Positions 1 through 9,106 of a stretch of DNA of 64,000 bases are shown here, in pieces. The translations under genes were made by a program, and so were the position numbers. Below the pieces are notes generated by a model. It worked only from the letters and a program-made list of their open reading frames with translations, was not told the origin of the DNA and did not search any database. Origin of the DNA: Acidobacteriota bacterium. Lineage in GTDB: Bacteria; Acidobacteriota; Thermoanaerobaculia; UBA5066; Gp7-AA6. Positions within the stretch are counted from its first letter, which is position 1. Every line of letters starts with the position of its first letter. Where the stretch lies: assembly GCA_039933215.1 (NCBI GenBank), contig JBDTOO010000005.1, positions 22,990 through 86,989 of the forward strand, given 5' to 3'.

Positions 1-1
1 C

Positions 2-322
2 GACGACTTCGGGACGGGTTACTCCTCCCTCTCCTACCTGAAGCGCTTCCCGGTCACCACGCTCAAGATCGACCGGTCGTTCGTGACCGACGTCGTCACG
101 AACTCCGCCGACGCGGGCATCGTGCGCGCGGTCGTCGCGATGGCTCACGGTCTCAAGTTGAACGTCATCGCGGAGGGCGTCGAGACCAAGGAGCAGTTCG
201 CGTACCTGCGCGAGAGCGGCTGCGACGCCCTGCAGGGCTACTGGTTCTCGCGGCCTCTCCCCGTGGACGCCGTCGACCTCCTCTTAAACGAGGAGCTCGA
301 GCGCTGGAGCGTGCACGCCTGA
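2..322 (+). CDS. EAL-domain c-di-GMP phosphodiesterase, C-terminal fragment (5' end outside window)
   Basis: Translation from nt 2 gives DDFGTGYSSLSYLKRFP...IAEGVETKEQFAYLRESGCDALQGYWFSRPLP, the conserved C-terminal motifs of EAL domains. Stop at 320-322. Confidence 0.8.
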   Translation, partial: DDFGTGYSSLSYLKRFPVTTLKIDRSFVTDVVTNSADAGIVRAVVAMAHGLKLNVIAEGVETKEQFAYLRESGCDALQGYWFSRPLPVDAVDLLLNEELERWSVHA

Positions 323-343
323 TCCGCCGGGAAGTCCGGGATC

Positions 344-380
344 AAAAAGAAAGCCCCCGTTTCCGGGGGCTTCGTCGTTT
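344..380. terminator. Bidirectional Rho-independent terminator between convergent genes
   Basis: A-tract AAAAAGAAA, then GC stem GCCCCCG / CGGGGGC with loop TTTC, then TTCGTCGTTT. Lies between the EAL gene stop (322) and the minus-strand gene stop (396). Confidence 0.55.
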
Positions 381-395
381 CGGGGCGGCCGAGGC

Positions 396-1247
396 TTACG
401 GGCAGGTCGAGAACGAAGACGTGTCCTGGATGGGCAGGAACGCCTGGTTCTGCGGATTGGAGTAGGTGCGAACCGCTCCCGTCTGGGTGTCGGTGACGGT
501 CAGGTTGACGAGCACGTTGGTGAGCCCGCCGGCGAACGTCCAGTAGCGGGAGTTCAATCCGCAGCCGTTCAAGACCTTGACGACGATCTCGACGTTCGAC
601 GAGGAGAAGAACCAGAAGTAGCCCGTGTCCGACGTGAGCTGGATAGGGGTCCCCGCGCCGGAGGCCGTCGTCGTCTGCCAGTTCGCCGACACGCGGAAGC
701 GGCTGTTCAGGCACATCGAGGTGGCGTTCGGCACGCACGCCGTGACAGCGCCGCACGACAGGGAGAGGAAGTAAGGCCCCCGATCCGCGATGTAGACCGC
801 GTTGGCGACAATCGTCCAAACACCTGTTGTCGGCAACGTGTAGATGATTTGCGCGTTCGTCCCGTCCGGGCCGCCGCCGCTATCGTCGTCGAGAGCGACG
901 GCCGTACCGGCGGGATTTCGCAGGATCAGATACGCGTCCAGAGCCGACGACGACATCGCGATCGTTACGGTCTGCCCTGCCGTTCCTTGAAACGTGTAGT
1001 TGTCGGCGCGAGTCTCGTCGCCGAGTTGGCAATCCTGGGAGTCCAGCGTGCCGTTGACCGATCCGCCGCACGTGATTCCCGACGTGGAGCAGGCGGTAGC
1101 GGAAAGCGGATGGACATTCTTGCTTCCGGCCTTGATCACTTTGCTGAGGGCGATCCCGGGCGACGCCTCCTGAGCGAACGCCGCCGCAGCTAATGCCAGC
1201 GCGAAGACCCCCGCGAGAGGGAGAACCCGGGGGAAAGGACGGATCAT
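396..1247 (-). CDS. Secreted protein: signal peptide + PPC-like beta-sandwich domain + conserved ~100-aa Cys-containing C-terminal domain (same domain as genes at 55.1-58.2 kb)
   Basis: True start is the ATG giving MIRPFPRVLPLAGVFALALAAAAFAQ (signal peptide). The upstream part of the 572-aa track ORF is antisense to PhzF. Middle region has DDDSGGGPDGTNAQ with D.Y.F / G.Y PPC-type motifs. C-terminus ...VKVLNGCGLNSRYWTF...TGAVRTYSNPQNQAFLPIQDTSSFSTCP aligns with the C-termini of the 55452 and 56873 genes. Confidence 0.75.
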   Translation of the reverse strand: MIRPFPRVLPLAGVFALALAAAAFAQEASPGIALSKVIKAGSKNVHPLSATACSTSGITCGGSVNGTLDSQDCQLGDETRADNYTFQGTAGQTVTIAMSSSALDAYLILRNPAGTAVALDDDSGGGPDGTNAQIIYTLPTTGVWTIVANAVYIADRGPYFLSLSCGAVTACVPNATSMCLNSRFRVSANWQTTTASGAGTPIQLTSDTGYFWFFSSSNVEIVVKVLNGCGLNSRYWTFAGGLTNVLVNLTVTDTQTGAVRTYSNPQNQAFLPIQDTSSFSTCP

Positions 1248-1402
1248 GTGCTCCTCCTGTCGGCTTTTCGAGGCGTGGACCGAGTGGATCTGGACGGAAC
1301 CGGCGCGAAGTCTACCCGCCGTCGGCGGCGGGCGCCACGGAAGAAAACGGGGGACTCGGAGGCGCTCGCGAGTCGCCCCTTCGAGCCGCCCCGGGGCGGG
1401 CT

Positions 1403-2212
1403 CTAGAGGAGCTCGCCCCGCGCGATGGTGACCGCCTGCCCGCCGAGGGATACCCGGTCCCCGCCGACGCGGACGAACACCGTGCCGCCGCGGCGGGAGG
1501 CCTGATAGCCGGTCAGTTCCGTCCGGCCGAGGCGGCCGGCCCAGTGGGGGCCCAGGCAGCAGTGGGCGGAGCCGGTGACGGGATCCTCGTCGATGCCGTA
1601 CGCCGGCGCGAAATAGCGGGAGACGAAGTCGTACCCGCGCCCGGAGGCCGGAGCGGTGACGATGACGCCGCGCGCCGGCCCCGCGGTCTCGACGATCCGG
1701 CGGAAATCCGGGGTGAGCGCGCGGACGTCGCTTTCGGAGGGAAGCTCGAAGAAGAAGTCGAACCGGTTGCGGCCGGCAAAGCGCGGCGAAGCGATCCCCA
1801 GCGCCTCGAGAAGACCGTCCGGCGGCTCGCAGGGGGAGGCGGGCTCGGCCGGGAAATCGAGCTGGATCTCGTGAGCGGCCGCCGCGTCGCGGCGACGGGC
1901 TGTCAGCCGCCCGCTCTTCGTCTCGAAAACGATCGGAGCGTCGGGCTTCTCGTAGCCCGCCTGCCACAGCACGTGGGCGGAGGCGAGCGTGGCGTGTCCG
2001 CACAGATCGACTTCGAGCGCGGGCGTGAACCATCGCAGAGGCCACACGTCGCCGGTGCGGCGGAGAAACGCCGTCTCCGAGAGGTTCATCTCGCCGGCGA
2101 CGCTCTGCATCCACGCGTCGGGTCTCTCGTCCGGCAGCACGCAGACCGCCGCGGGATTGCCTCCGAAGGGGCGCTCGGTGAAGGCGTCGACGTGGAAGAG
2201 CGGCACGCTCAT
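1403..2212 (-). CDS. PhzF-family phenazine-biosynthesis-like isomerase
   Basis: MSVPLFHVDAFTERPFGGNPAAVCVL...DLCGHATLASAHVL... is a typical PhzF/YHI9 family signature. Start ATG at 2210-2212; about 269 aa. Confidence 0.85.
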   Translation of the reverse strand: MSVPLFHVDAFTERPFGGNPAAVCVLPDERPDAWMQSVAGEMNLSETAFLRRTGDVWPLRWFTPALEVDLCGHATLASAHVLWQAGYEKPDAPIVFETKSGRLTARRRDAAAAHEIQLDFPAEPASPCEPPDGLLEALGIASPRFAGRNRFDFFFELPSESDVRALTPDFRRIVETAGPARGVIVTAPASGRGYDFVSRYFAPAYGIDEDPVTGSAHCCLGPHWAGRLGRTELTGYQASRRGGTVFVRVGGDRVSLGGQAVTIARGELL

Positions 2213-2330
2213 GACGACTCCTTTGTACCGGAGCGGCGCGGGCGTTCCTAGAGCCACATCGGGTCGAGGTGGATTGGGGCTTTTCGTCGCGCTCGCGCTC
2301 CTCCTGCTACCCTCGTCGGCCGTGTCCGCC

Positions 2331-3860
2331 ATGTCCGCCGAGCCGCCGCCTCGATTCGATCCGAAGCGCCGCCGCGCGGTGACGGTGGCCTTGATTCTCG
2401 TCAGCGCGCTCGCGTCGTTCGAGTCGACCGTCGTCTCGACCGCGATGCCGACGATCATCGGCGACCTCGGAGGCCTGCCGCTGTACGCCTGGGTCTTCTC
2501 CGTCTACCTGCTGACGTCCACGGTGGGGATGCCCGTGTACGGCCGCCTCGCCGACATCCACGGGCGCCGCCGCCTGCTGCTCGTCGGGATCGGCGTCTTC
2601 GTGACGGGCGCGATCGCCTGCGCCTTCGCGCGCACGATGCCGCAGCTGATCGGCGCCCGGGCGATCCAGGGGCTCGGCGCGGCCGGCATGTTGCCCGTGA
2701 CGCTCGCCGTCGCCGCCGACATCTACTCGATCGAGCAGCGCACGAAGGTGCAGGGGCTCTTCTCGGCGGTCTGGGGGTTCTCGAGCCTGATCGGACCGCT
2801 CCTGGGAGCGTTTCTCACGGTGCACTTCGGATGGCGGTCCATCTTCTGGATCAACATCCCGCTCGGCCTCTTCGCCTTCACGCTGGTGTGGATCCGCATG
2901 GTCGAGTCGCGCGCCCGGCGCTCCGACCCCGTCGACGTCGCCGGCAGCGCCGCGCTCGCGGTCGGCGTCTCCCTCGTTCTCCTGGGCGTGCTCCACACCC
3001 CGGCAGGCAGCCCGGGAGGGACGACCGCCGCGACGCGGCTGGCGCTTCTCGGAGGCGGCGTCGCCGCGCTCATCTTCTTCGGGTGGCTGCAGACCCGCCG
3101 CGAGCACCCGCTCATTCCGCCCGAGCTCTTCGCCCGGTGGGAAACCGCAGCCCCCTACCTCGCCGGCATCGTCATGGGGACCGCGATCTACGGCGTCGAC
3201 ACGTTCGTTCCGCTCTTCGTCCAGGGCGCCCGCGGCGGCACGGCGGGAGCGGCCGGGGCCGTCGTGACGCCGCTCATCTTCATGTGGGCCTTCTCTTCCG
3301 CCGTGGCGGCGAAGATCATCCTGCGCTACGGATTCCGGAAAACGGCGCGGCTCGGCGCGATCCTCGTCCTGATCGGTCTCGCGGGCCTCTGCGCCGGCGC
3401 GTGGTCGAACGCGGGCGTTGGGTGGATTTCCGCCGCGTGCGCGCTGATCGGCGGCGGCCTCGGCCCGTGCGCGATCGCCCAGGTCCTCGCGATCCAGCAC
3501 GTCGCGCCGGAGCCCCAGCGGGGTGTCGCCACGAGTCTCATCCCGTTCTTCCGGACCGTCGGCGGCTCGATCGGCGTCGGCGCTCTCGGGGGCGTGTTCG
3601 CCGCGGGCCTGTCGCTGCGTCTCGGCAGCGGGATGGATACGGCGAGCCGGCTCCTCGCCGGCGGGCCTCCGGGCGGAGGCGCGCCCGGCGCTCCGACGGT
3701 CGCCCCCGCCCTCTTCCGGCAGGCGATCGAGCGCTCGCTCCTGCCCGTGTTTCTGGTGCTTCTGGCGCTCGCCGCCGTCAACCTCTTTCTCGCCTCCGGC
3801 TTTCCCGAGGTAGGCGCCTCCGGGGAGCCGGCCCCGAAAGCGGCGGAGGGACTCGTCTGA
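2331..3860 (+). CDS. MFS transporter (DHA2-like drug:H+ antiporter family)
   Basis: About 14 predicted TM segments. Motifs GRLADIHGRRRLLLVG and IQGLGAAGMLPVTLAV. Start chosen at ATG 2331 (MSAEPPP); in-frame alternatives are GTG 2322 or ATG 2211. Confidence 0.85.
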   Translation: MSAEPPPRFDPKRRRAVTVALILVSALASFESTVVSTAMPTIIGDLGGLPLYAWVFSVYLLTSTVGMPVYGRLADIHGRRRLLLVGIGVFVTGAIACAFARTMPQLIGARAIQGLGAAGMLPVTLAVAADIYSIEQRTKVQGLFSAVWGFSSLIGPLLGAFLTVHFGWRSIFWINIPLGLFAFTLVWIRMVESRARRSDPVDVAGSAALAVGVSLVLLGVLHTPAGSPGGTTAATRLALLGGGVAALIFFGWLQTRREHPLIPPELFARWETAAPYLAGIVMGTAIYGVDTFVPLFVQGARGGTAGAAGAVVTPLIFMWAFSSAVAAKIILRYGFRKTARLGAILVLIGLAGLCAGAWSNAGVGWISAACALIGGGLGPCAIAQVLAIQHVAPEPQRGVATSLIPFFRTVGGSIGVGALGGVFAAGLSLRLGSGMDTASRLLAGGPPGGGAPGAPTVAPALFRQAIERSLLPVFLVLLALAAVNLFLASGFPEVGASGEPAPKAAEGLV

Positions 3861-4031
3861 TCCGTCCGCGTTTCCGGTGGCACGTCGCCTGCTCGATTTG
3901 CGCCATGGCCCCCGGGCCACCTCGGGCCGCTCTGGACAGATTTTGGAGTGCGCGGCGAGAGGCGTATGGTGGGTCCGTTTCGGAAGATCGAGCTCTCCGC
4001 CTCGCCGCCCCCGGGATGAGAGGAGGCTTCG

Positions 4032-4727
4032 TTGACCAGACGCTCTGACGACGACGACGACGACGACCGGCCGGCTGCCGCGTCGCGTCCCGCCTCGAAT
4101 CCGGAGCCGCGCGCGCCCGAATCCTCGGGGACTGCCGGGTGGGACCGGCGCACGTTCCTCGGCGTTTCGCTCGGCGCCATCCCCGTCGTGGGGTGGGCCG
4201 CGGCCGGAGCGCGAACCGTCCGCTCGCCGGCCGGAGTGGGAGGCCTGGAGCCGATTCCGATCGTGCTCCGGGTCAACGGCGCGGAGCACCGGATCTCGGT
4301 CGACGCGCGCGTGACGCTTCTCGAGGCGCTGCGCGAAGACCTCGGGCTGACGGGAACCAAGGAAGGCTGCGACCACGGACAGTGCGGCGCCTGTACCGTT
4401 CTCATCGACGGCAAACGGGTGCTCTCGTGCCTGACCCTCGCGGTCGCGGCGGGGGGGCGGGCGGTGACGACCGTGGAGGGCCTCTCGAAAGGGGAGGAGC
4501 TGCACCCCGTCCAGGCGGCGTTCCTGAAGCACGACGCCTTCCAGTGCGGCTATTGCACGCCCGGGCAGATCATGTCGGCGGTCGGGCTGCTCTCCGAGGG
4601 ATGCCCGTCCGACCCGGCGGCGATCCGGGAATGCATGAGCGGCAACATCTGCCGCTGCGGGGCCTATCCGAACATCGTCGCCGCCGTCGCCGAGGCCCGC
4701 GGGGCGGGCAACGGGGGCCGGTCATGA
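4032..4727 (+). CDS. paoA: Aldehyde oxidoreductase (2Fe-2S)-binding subunit with Tat signal (PaoA/YagT-like)
   Basis: TTG start 7 nt after AGGAGG. Twin-arginine motif RRTFLGV. Two 2Fe-2S cysteine clusters CDHGQCGACTV and CGYCTPGQ...CRCGAY. Gene order FeS-FAD-Moco-XdhC matches paoABCD. Confidence 0.85.
   Translation: MTRRSDDDDDDDRPAAASRPASNPEPRAPESSGTAGWDRRTFLGVSLGAIPVVGWAAAGARTVRSPAGVGGLEPIPIVLRVNGAEHRISVDARVTLLEALREDLGLTGTKEGCDHGQCGACTVLIDGKRVLSCLTLAVAAGGRAVTTVEGLSKGEELHPVQAAFLKHDAFQCGYCTPGQIMSAVGLLSEGCPSDPAAIRECMSGNICRCGAYPNIVAAVAEARGAGNGGRS
4048..4068 (+). repeat. (GAC)7 trinucleotide microsatellite inside paoA-like CDS (encodes DDDDDDD)
   Basis: gacgacgacgacgacgacgac read directly from the sequence, in frame, upstream of the Tat motif. 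Confidence 0.9.
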
Positions 4728-5722
4728 TCCCGTTCCGCTACGCCCGAGCGACGGCGGTCCAGGAAGCCGTGGCCGCCGTTTCGCGCGAGCCGCGGGCGGC
4801 CTATCTGGGGGGCGGCACGACGATCGTCGATCTCATGCAGCTCGAGGTCGTGAACCCCGCCACACTCGTCGACGTCAACGCGCTCCCGCTGTCGCGCATC
4901 GAGACGCTGCCCGGCGGAGGCGTGAGGATCGGCGCGCTCGTCCGCAACAGCGAACTCGCCAACGACGCGAACATCCGGCGCCGGTATCCCGTTCTCTCGG
5001 AAGCGATTCTGTCGGGCGCCTCCGCCCAGATCCGCAACATGGCGACCACGGCGGGTAACCTGCTCCAGCGGACGCGGTGCCAGTACTTCCGGGACGTCTT
5101 CTCCGCGTGCAACAAGCGGGAGCCCGGCTCCGGGTGCGCCGCGATCGGCGGATACAACCGCATCCACGCGGTCCTGGGAACGAGCGATCGGTGCATCGCG
5201 ACGTTCCCGGGCGACATGCCCGTGGCGCTGGCGGCCCTGGAAGCCGTCGTCCGGACCCGACGCCCCGACGGCGCCGAGAGGCAGATCCCCATATCCGACT
5301 TCTACGTGTCGTACGGGGACGACCCGGCAAAGGAGACCGTGCTCGCGCACGGTGAGCTCATCACCGCCGTGGACCTGCCGGCGTCCGGGTGGCTCGCGCG
5401 CTCGCACTACCTGAAGATGCGGGACCGGGCGAGCTACGAGTTCGCGCTGTCGTCGGCCGCCGTGGCGCTCGACGTCGAAGGCGGGAAGGTCCGCCAGGCG
5501 CGCGTCGCCCTGGGAGGCGTCGCGACGAAGCCGTGGAGATCGGCGGAGGCGGAAAAGGCGCTCACGGGAGCGGCCGCCGGGGAAGCGGCGTGGACCGCGG
5601 CGGCCTCGGCCGCGCTCGCCGGAGCGAAGCCTCAAAAGCACAACGCCTTCAAGGTCGAGCTCGCCCGGCGCACGCTGGCGCGGGCCCTCGCCACGGCCGC
5701 CGGCCGGGAGATCGCGTCATGA
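4724..5722 (+). CDS. paoB: Aldehyde oxidoreductase FAD-binding subunit (PaoB/YagS-like, CO dehydrogenase flavoprotein fold)
   Basis: MIPFRYARATAVQEAVAAV...AYLGGGTTIVDLMQL is a FAD-binding molybdopterin dehydrogenase motif. ATG 4724 overlaps the paoA stop (ATGA). Confidence 0.85.
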   Translation: MIPFRYARATAVQEAVAAVSREPRAAYLGGGTTIVDLMQLEVVNPATLVDVNALPLSRIETLPGGGVRIGALVRNSELANDANIRRRYPVLSEAILSGASAQIRNMATTAGNLLQRTRCQYFRDVFSACNKREPGSGCAAIGGYNRIHAVLGTSDRCIATFPGDMPVALAALEAVVRTRRPDGAERQIPISDFYVSYGDDPAKETVLAHGELITAVDLPASGWLARSHYLKMRDRASYEFALSSAAVALDVEGGKVRQARVALGGVATKPWRSAEAEKALTGAAAGEAAWTAAASAALAGAKPQKHNAFKVELARRTLARALATAAGREIAS

Positions 5723-7938
5723 GCGCTCACGTCGGAAAGCCCCTCGACCGCGTCGACGGCCGTTTGAAGATCACGGGCGGCGCGAAGTACGCCGCCGAGT
5801 TCCGCCCGAGGGGCCTCGTTCACGCCGTCGCCGTGCAGAGCACGATCGCGCGCGGCGCCATCGCTTCCATCGACACGGCGGCCGCATCGAAGGCGCCCGG
5901 CGTCCTCGCGGTGCTCACGCACGCCAACGCCCCGCAGCTGAAGTCGCTCAAGGAAGGCGATCCGTCGGGCGGCCACGCGGGCGAAGACCTTCCGCCGCTG
6001 TCGACCGACGAGATCCATTTCGCGGGGCAGACGATCGCGCTCGTGATCGCCGAGAAGCTCGAGCAGGCGCGGCGGGGCGCGGCTCTGGTGAAGATCGCGT
6101 ACCGCGAGGAGAAGCCCGTGCTCGAGATCGCGGAGGCCGAGGGCTCGGCGACGAAGCCCGCCAGGCACATGGGGCGGGACGTCCAGCACCAGCGCGGCGA
6201 CGCCGCGGCGGGCTTCGCCGCAGGCCCCGTGAAGATCGAGGCGACCTATACGACTCCCGTCGAAACGCACAACCCGATGGAGCTTTCGGCGACGATCGCG
6301 GAATGGCAGGGCGACCGCCTCATGGTGTGGGACGCCACGCAGGCGGTCATCGGCACGCGCGGGAACCTCGCGAAGGCATTCGGGGTGCCGAAGTCGAACG
6401 TCCGCGTCCTGTGCCCCTACGTCGGCGGCGGATTCGGCTGCAAGGGATCCCAGTGGACCCACACGTTCGCGGCCGCGATGGCGGCGCGGTTCGTTAAGCG
6501 GCCCGTCCGTCTCGTCGTGACCCGCGCGCAGATGTTCACGTCGGCCGGCCACCGGCCGCCCACGGTCCAGAAGCTCGCTCTCGCGGCCGCCCGCGACGGC
6601 AAGCTCACCGCCATCCGCCACGAGTCCACGACGCCGACCTCCCCCGTGACCGACTACATCGAGCCGTGCGGGAAGACGACGAGCGCGATGCTCTACGCGT
6701 GCGAGAACGCGGACATCCCGCACCGCCTCGTGCGCGTCAACGTGGCGGCGCCGACCTTCATGCGCGCGCCGGGGGAGTGTCCGGGCACCTTCGCGATCGA
6801 GTCGGCGATGGACGAGCTGGCCGTGGCGCTCGAAATGGACCCGGTCGAGCTGCGGTTGAAGAACCACGCCGATGCGAATCCCTCGGACGGCAGGCCGTTC
6901 TCGTCGAAGTGGCTGAAAGACTGCTACGCGGTCGGCGCCGAGCGCTTCGGGTGGAAGAATCGCACGCCGCAGCCGGGCTCGATGAAGGACGGCAACCTGC
7001 TCGTCGGCTGGGGCATGGCGACCGCCGTCTATCCGGGCAACCGCTGGCCGGCTTCCGCGATCGTGAAGCTGACGCCGGACGGACGCGCGCGCGTGCGCGC
7101 CGCCACGCAGGATCTCGGGACCGGCGCGTACACGATCTTCACGCAGGTCTCCGCGGACTCACTGGGTCTTCCTGTCGAGCGGATCACGTTCGAGCTCGGC
7201 GACAGCGACTTTCCGGAGGCGCCCGTCTCCGGCGGGTCGAACAGCTCGGCGAGCGTCTCCGAGGCGATCATCCAGGCCGCCGCGGCCGTGAAAGCGAAGC
7301 TCGCGGGGATCGCCGCCGCCGATCCGGGCTCGCCGCTCGCGGGATTGAAGCCGGAGGAGCTCGCGCTCGCGGACGGGCGTCTCGTCTCCGCGGCCACGCC
7401 CTCCCGAGGCGTTCCCATCCAGGATCTCGTCCGGAAGAGCGGCGAATCGGGGGTCGAGGCCTCCGCGTCCGTCAAGCTCGAGGACGAGAAGACGAAGAAG
7501 TACTCGATCCACTCGTTCGGGGCCCATTTCTGCGAGGTGAAGATCGACGCGTTCCTTCCGCGCGTGCAGGTGACTCGGTGGGTGTCCGCGATGGACATCG
7601 GCCGGGTCCTGAACCCGAAGACGAGCCGCAGCCAGGTCCTGGGCGGCGTGACGATGGGCGTCGGCATGGCGCTCATGGAGCACACGGCCTACGACCCGCG
7701 GACCGGCCGGCCCGTGACGGACAACCTCGCGGACTACGCGGTCCCGGTGAATGCCGACATCGGATCGATCGAGGTCCACTTCATGGACAAGCCCGACCCG
7801 GTGATCAACTCCCTGGGCTGCCGCGGGGTCGGAGAGATCGGCATCACGGGCGCCGCGGCGGCCGTCGCCAACGCCGTCTACCACGCCACGGGCAAGCGCA
7901 TCCGCGATCTCCCGATCACGCCGGACAAGCTCCTTTGA
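5719..7938 (+). CDS. paoC: Aldehyde oxidoreductase molybdopterin-binding large subunit (PaoC/YagR-like, xanthine dehydrogenase family)
   Basis: MSAHVGKPLDRVDGRLKITGGAKYAAEF...; GGGFG motif; about 739 aa. ATG 5719 overlaps the stop of the FAD subunit (ATGA). Confidence 0.85.
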   Translation: MSAHVGKPLDRVDGRLKITGGAKYAAEFRPRGLVHAVAVQSTIARGAIASIDTAAASKAPGVLAVLTHANAPQLKSLKEGDPSGGHAGEDLPPLSTDEIHFAGQTIALVIAEKLEQARRGAALVKIAYREEKPVLEIAEAEGSATKPARHMGRDVQHQRGDAAAGFAAGPVKIEATYTTPVETHNPMELSATIAEWQGDRLMVWDATQAVIGTRGNLAKAFGVPKSNVRVLCPYVGGGFGCKGSQWTHTFAAAMAARFVKRPVRLVVTRAQMFTSAGHRPPTVQKLALAAARDGKLTAIRHESTTPTSPVTDYIEPCGKTTSAMLYACENADIPHRLVRVNVAAPTFMRAPGECPGTFAIESAMDELAVALEMDPVELRLKNHADANPSDGRPFSSKWLKDCYAVGAERFGWKNRTPQPGSMKDGNLLVGWGMATAVYPGNRWPASAIVKLTPDGRARVRAATQDLGTGAYTIFTQVSADSLGLPVERITFELGDSDFPEAPVSGGSNSSASVSEAIIQAAAAVKAKLAGIAAADPGSPLAGLKPEELALADGRLVSAATPSRGVPIQDLVRKSGESGVEASASVKLEDEKTKKYSIHSFGAHFCEVKIDAFLPRVQVTRWVSAMDIGRVLNPKTSRSQVLGGVTMGVGMALMEHTAYDPRTGRPVTDNLADYAVPVNADIGSIEVHFMDKPDPVINSLGCRGVGEIGITGAAAAVANAVYHATGKRIRDLPITPDKLL

Positions 7939-7975
7939 AGCGGAAGCTTCGCGGGGAACGAAGCGTGCCCGGCCG

Positions 7976-9106
7976 ATGAGCGAGTGGGGAACGCTCGCGC
8001 GGCGGCTCCGGGCCGCGCAGGATCGGGGCGAGCCTGTCGTCGTGGCCATGGTCGTCGCGACGGACGGCTCGGCGTACCGGCGGGCCGGCGCGTGGATGAC
8101 CGTGGCGCCGGACGGCGGGCGGCACGGGCTGCTCTCCGGCGGGTGCCTCGAGGCCGATGTCGCCGAGCGCGCCGCCGAAGTCCTGGCGTCCGGCGTTCCG
8201 ACGACCGTCACGTACGACACCCGACGCCCCGGCGACGTCCTCTGGGGTTTCGGGATGGGATGCCAGGGCGTCGTGCGCATCCTGCTCGAGCCCCTCTCGG
8301 GGGCGAGCCTCGGGCGTGCCGCCGAGCTCTACGGCCGTCTCCAGAACCTCGAGGCGAACGCCGTGCTCGCGGTGGACATCGCGTCCGGTTCGCGCGTCCT
8401 CGTCGCGGGGTCGGCTCCCGGGGACGGGGAACCCGGCGCGCCGCCCGAAGCCGCCGGCCGCGCCCGGGAGATCCTGGCGACGGGCGCCGCCGTCCCCTCC
8501 ATCGAGGAGATCGGCGAACGCGAGTTCGCGTTCCTGCCTGTCGCACCGCGTCCCCGTCTCGTGATCTGCGGTGCCGGCGAAGACGCGGTGCCGCTCGCGC
8601 GTCTGGCGTGTGATCTCGACTGGTCGGTTCTCGTCGTCGACCACCGCGCCGCGCTCGCCCGGCCGGAGCGCTTCCCGGGCGCGGACGTCGCGCTGGTCGC
8701 CCGGGGGACGGATCTTCCGGCGCGGATCGGGGCGCGCGCTCGCACGGGCGCCGTCGTGATGTCCCACAACCTCGAGCGGGACGTGGAGTGGACCGCGGCG
8801 CTCCTTCCGCTCGATCTCGCGTACCTGGGCCTGCTCGGCCCGAAGCGGCGCGGCGAGCAGGTTCTCCGGACGGCCGCGCCTCTCGCTTCCGGTCCCGCCC
8901 GCGCGCGGCGCATCCTCGCTCCGGTCGGGCTCGACATCGCTTCCGAAACCCCCGGAGAGATCGCGCTCTCGATCGTCGCGGAAATCTCGGCGGTGCTCGC
9001 CGGCCGGAGCGGAGGACATCTCGCTGCGACCGAGGCTCCGATCCATCGCGAGAGCTCTGCGCCCGCGGACCCGCGGCCGAAGGCGGTCGACACCCCCTCC
9101 TCGTGA
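7976..9106 (+). CDS. paoD: XdhC/CoxI-family molybdenum-cofactor insertion chaperone (PaoD-like)
   Basis: N-terminal XdhC_CoxI region (VVVAMVVATDGSAYRRAGAWM) and C-terminal Rossmann region (RLVICGAGEDAVPLARLA). Located immediately downstream of the Moco subunit. Confidence 0.8.
   Translation: MSEWGTLARRLRAAQDRGEPVVVAMVVATDGSAYRRAGAWMTVAPDGGRHGLLSGGCLEADVAERAAEVLASGVPTTVTYDTRRPGDVLWGFGMGCQGVVRILLEPLSGASLGRAAELYGRLQNLEANAVLAVDIASGSRVLVAGSAPGDGEPGAPPEAAGRAREILATGAAVPSIEEIGEREFAFLPVAPRPRLVICGAGEDAVPLARLACDLDWSVLVVDHRAALARPERFPGADVALVARGTDLPARIGARARTGAVVMSHNLERDVEWTAALLPLDLAYLGLLGPKRRGEQVLRTAAPLASGPARARRILAPVGLDIASETPGEIALSIVAEISAVLAGRSGGHLAATEAPIHRESSAPADPRPKAVDTPSS

Noticed and set aside
2307-4532. 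741-aa minus-strand ORF (and neighbours 2723-3115, 3326-4414) overlapping the MFS transporter and paoA-like gene
   Set aside because: Arg/Gly/Pro-rich translation with no domains. It lies antisense to clearly recognisable genes, as expected for stop-codon-poor antisense frames at about 70% GC.
5632-9046. Long minus-strand ORFs (5632-6867, 7159-8280, 7916-9046, 8208-9338) across the pao cluster
   Set aside because: Antisense to the Moco subunit and XdhC genes. Low-complexity R/G/A/P composition, no start context.
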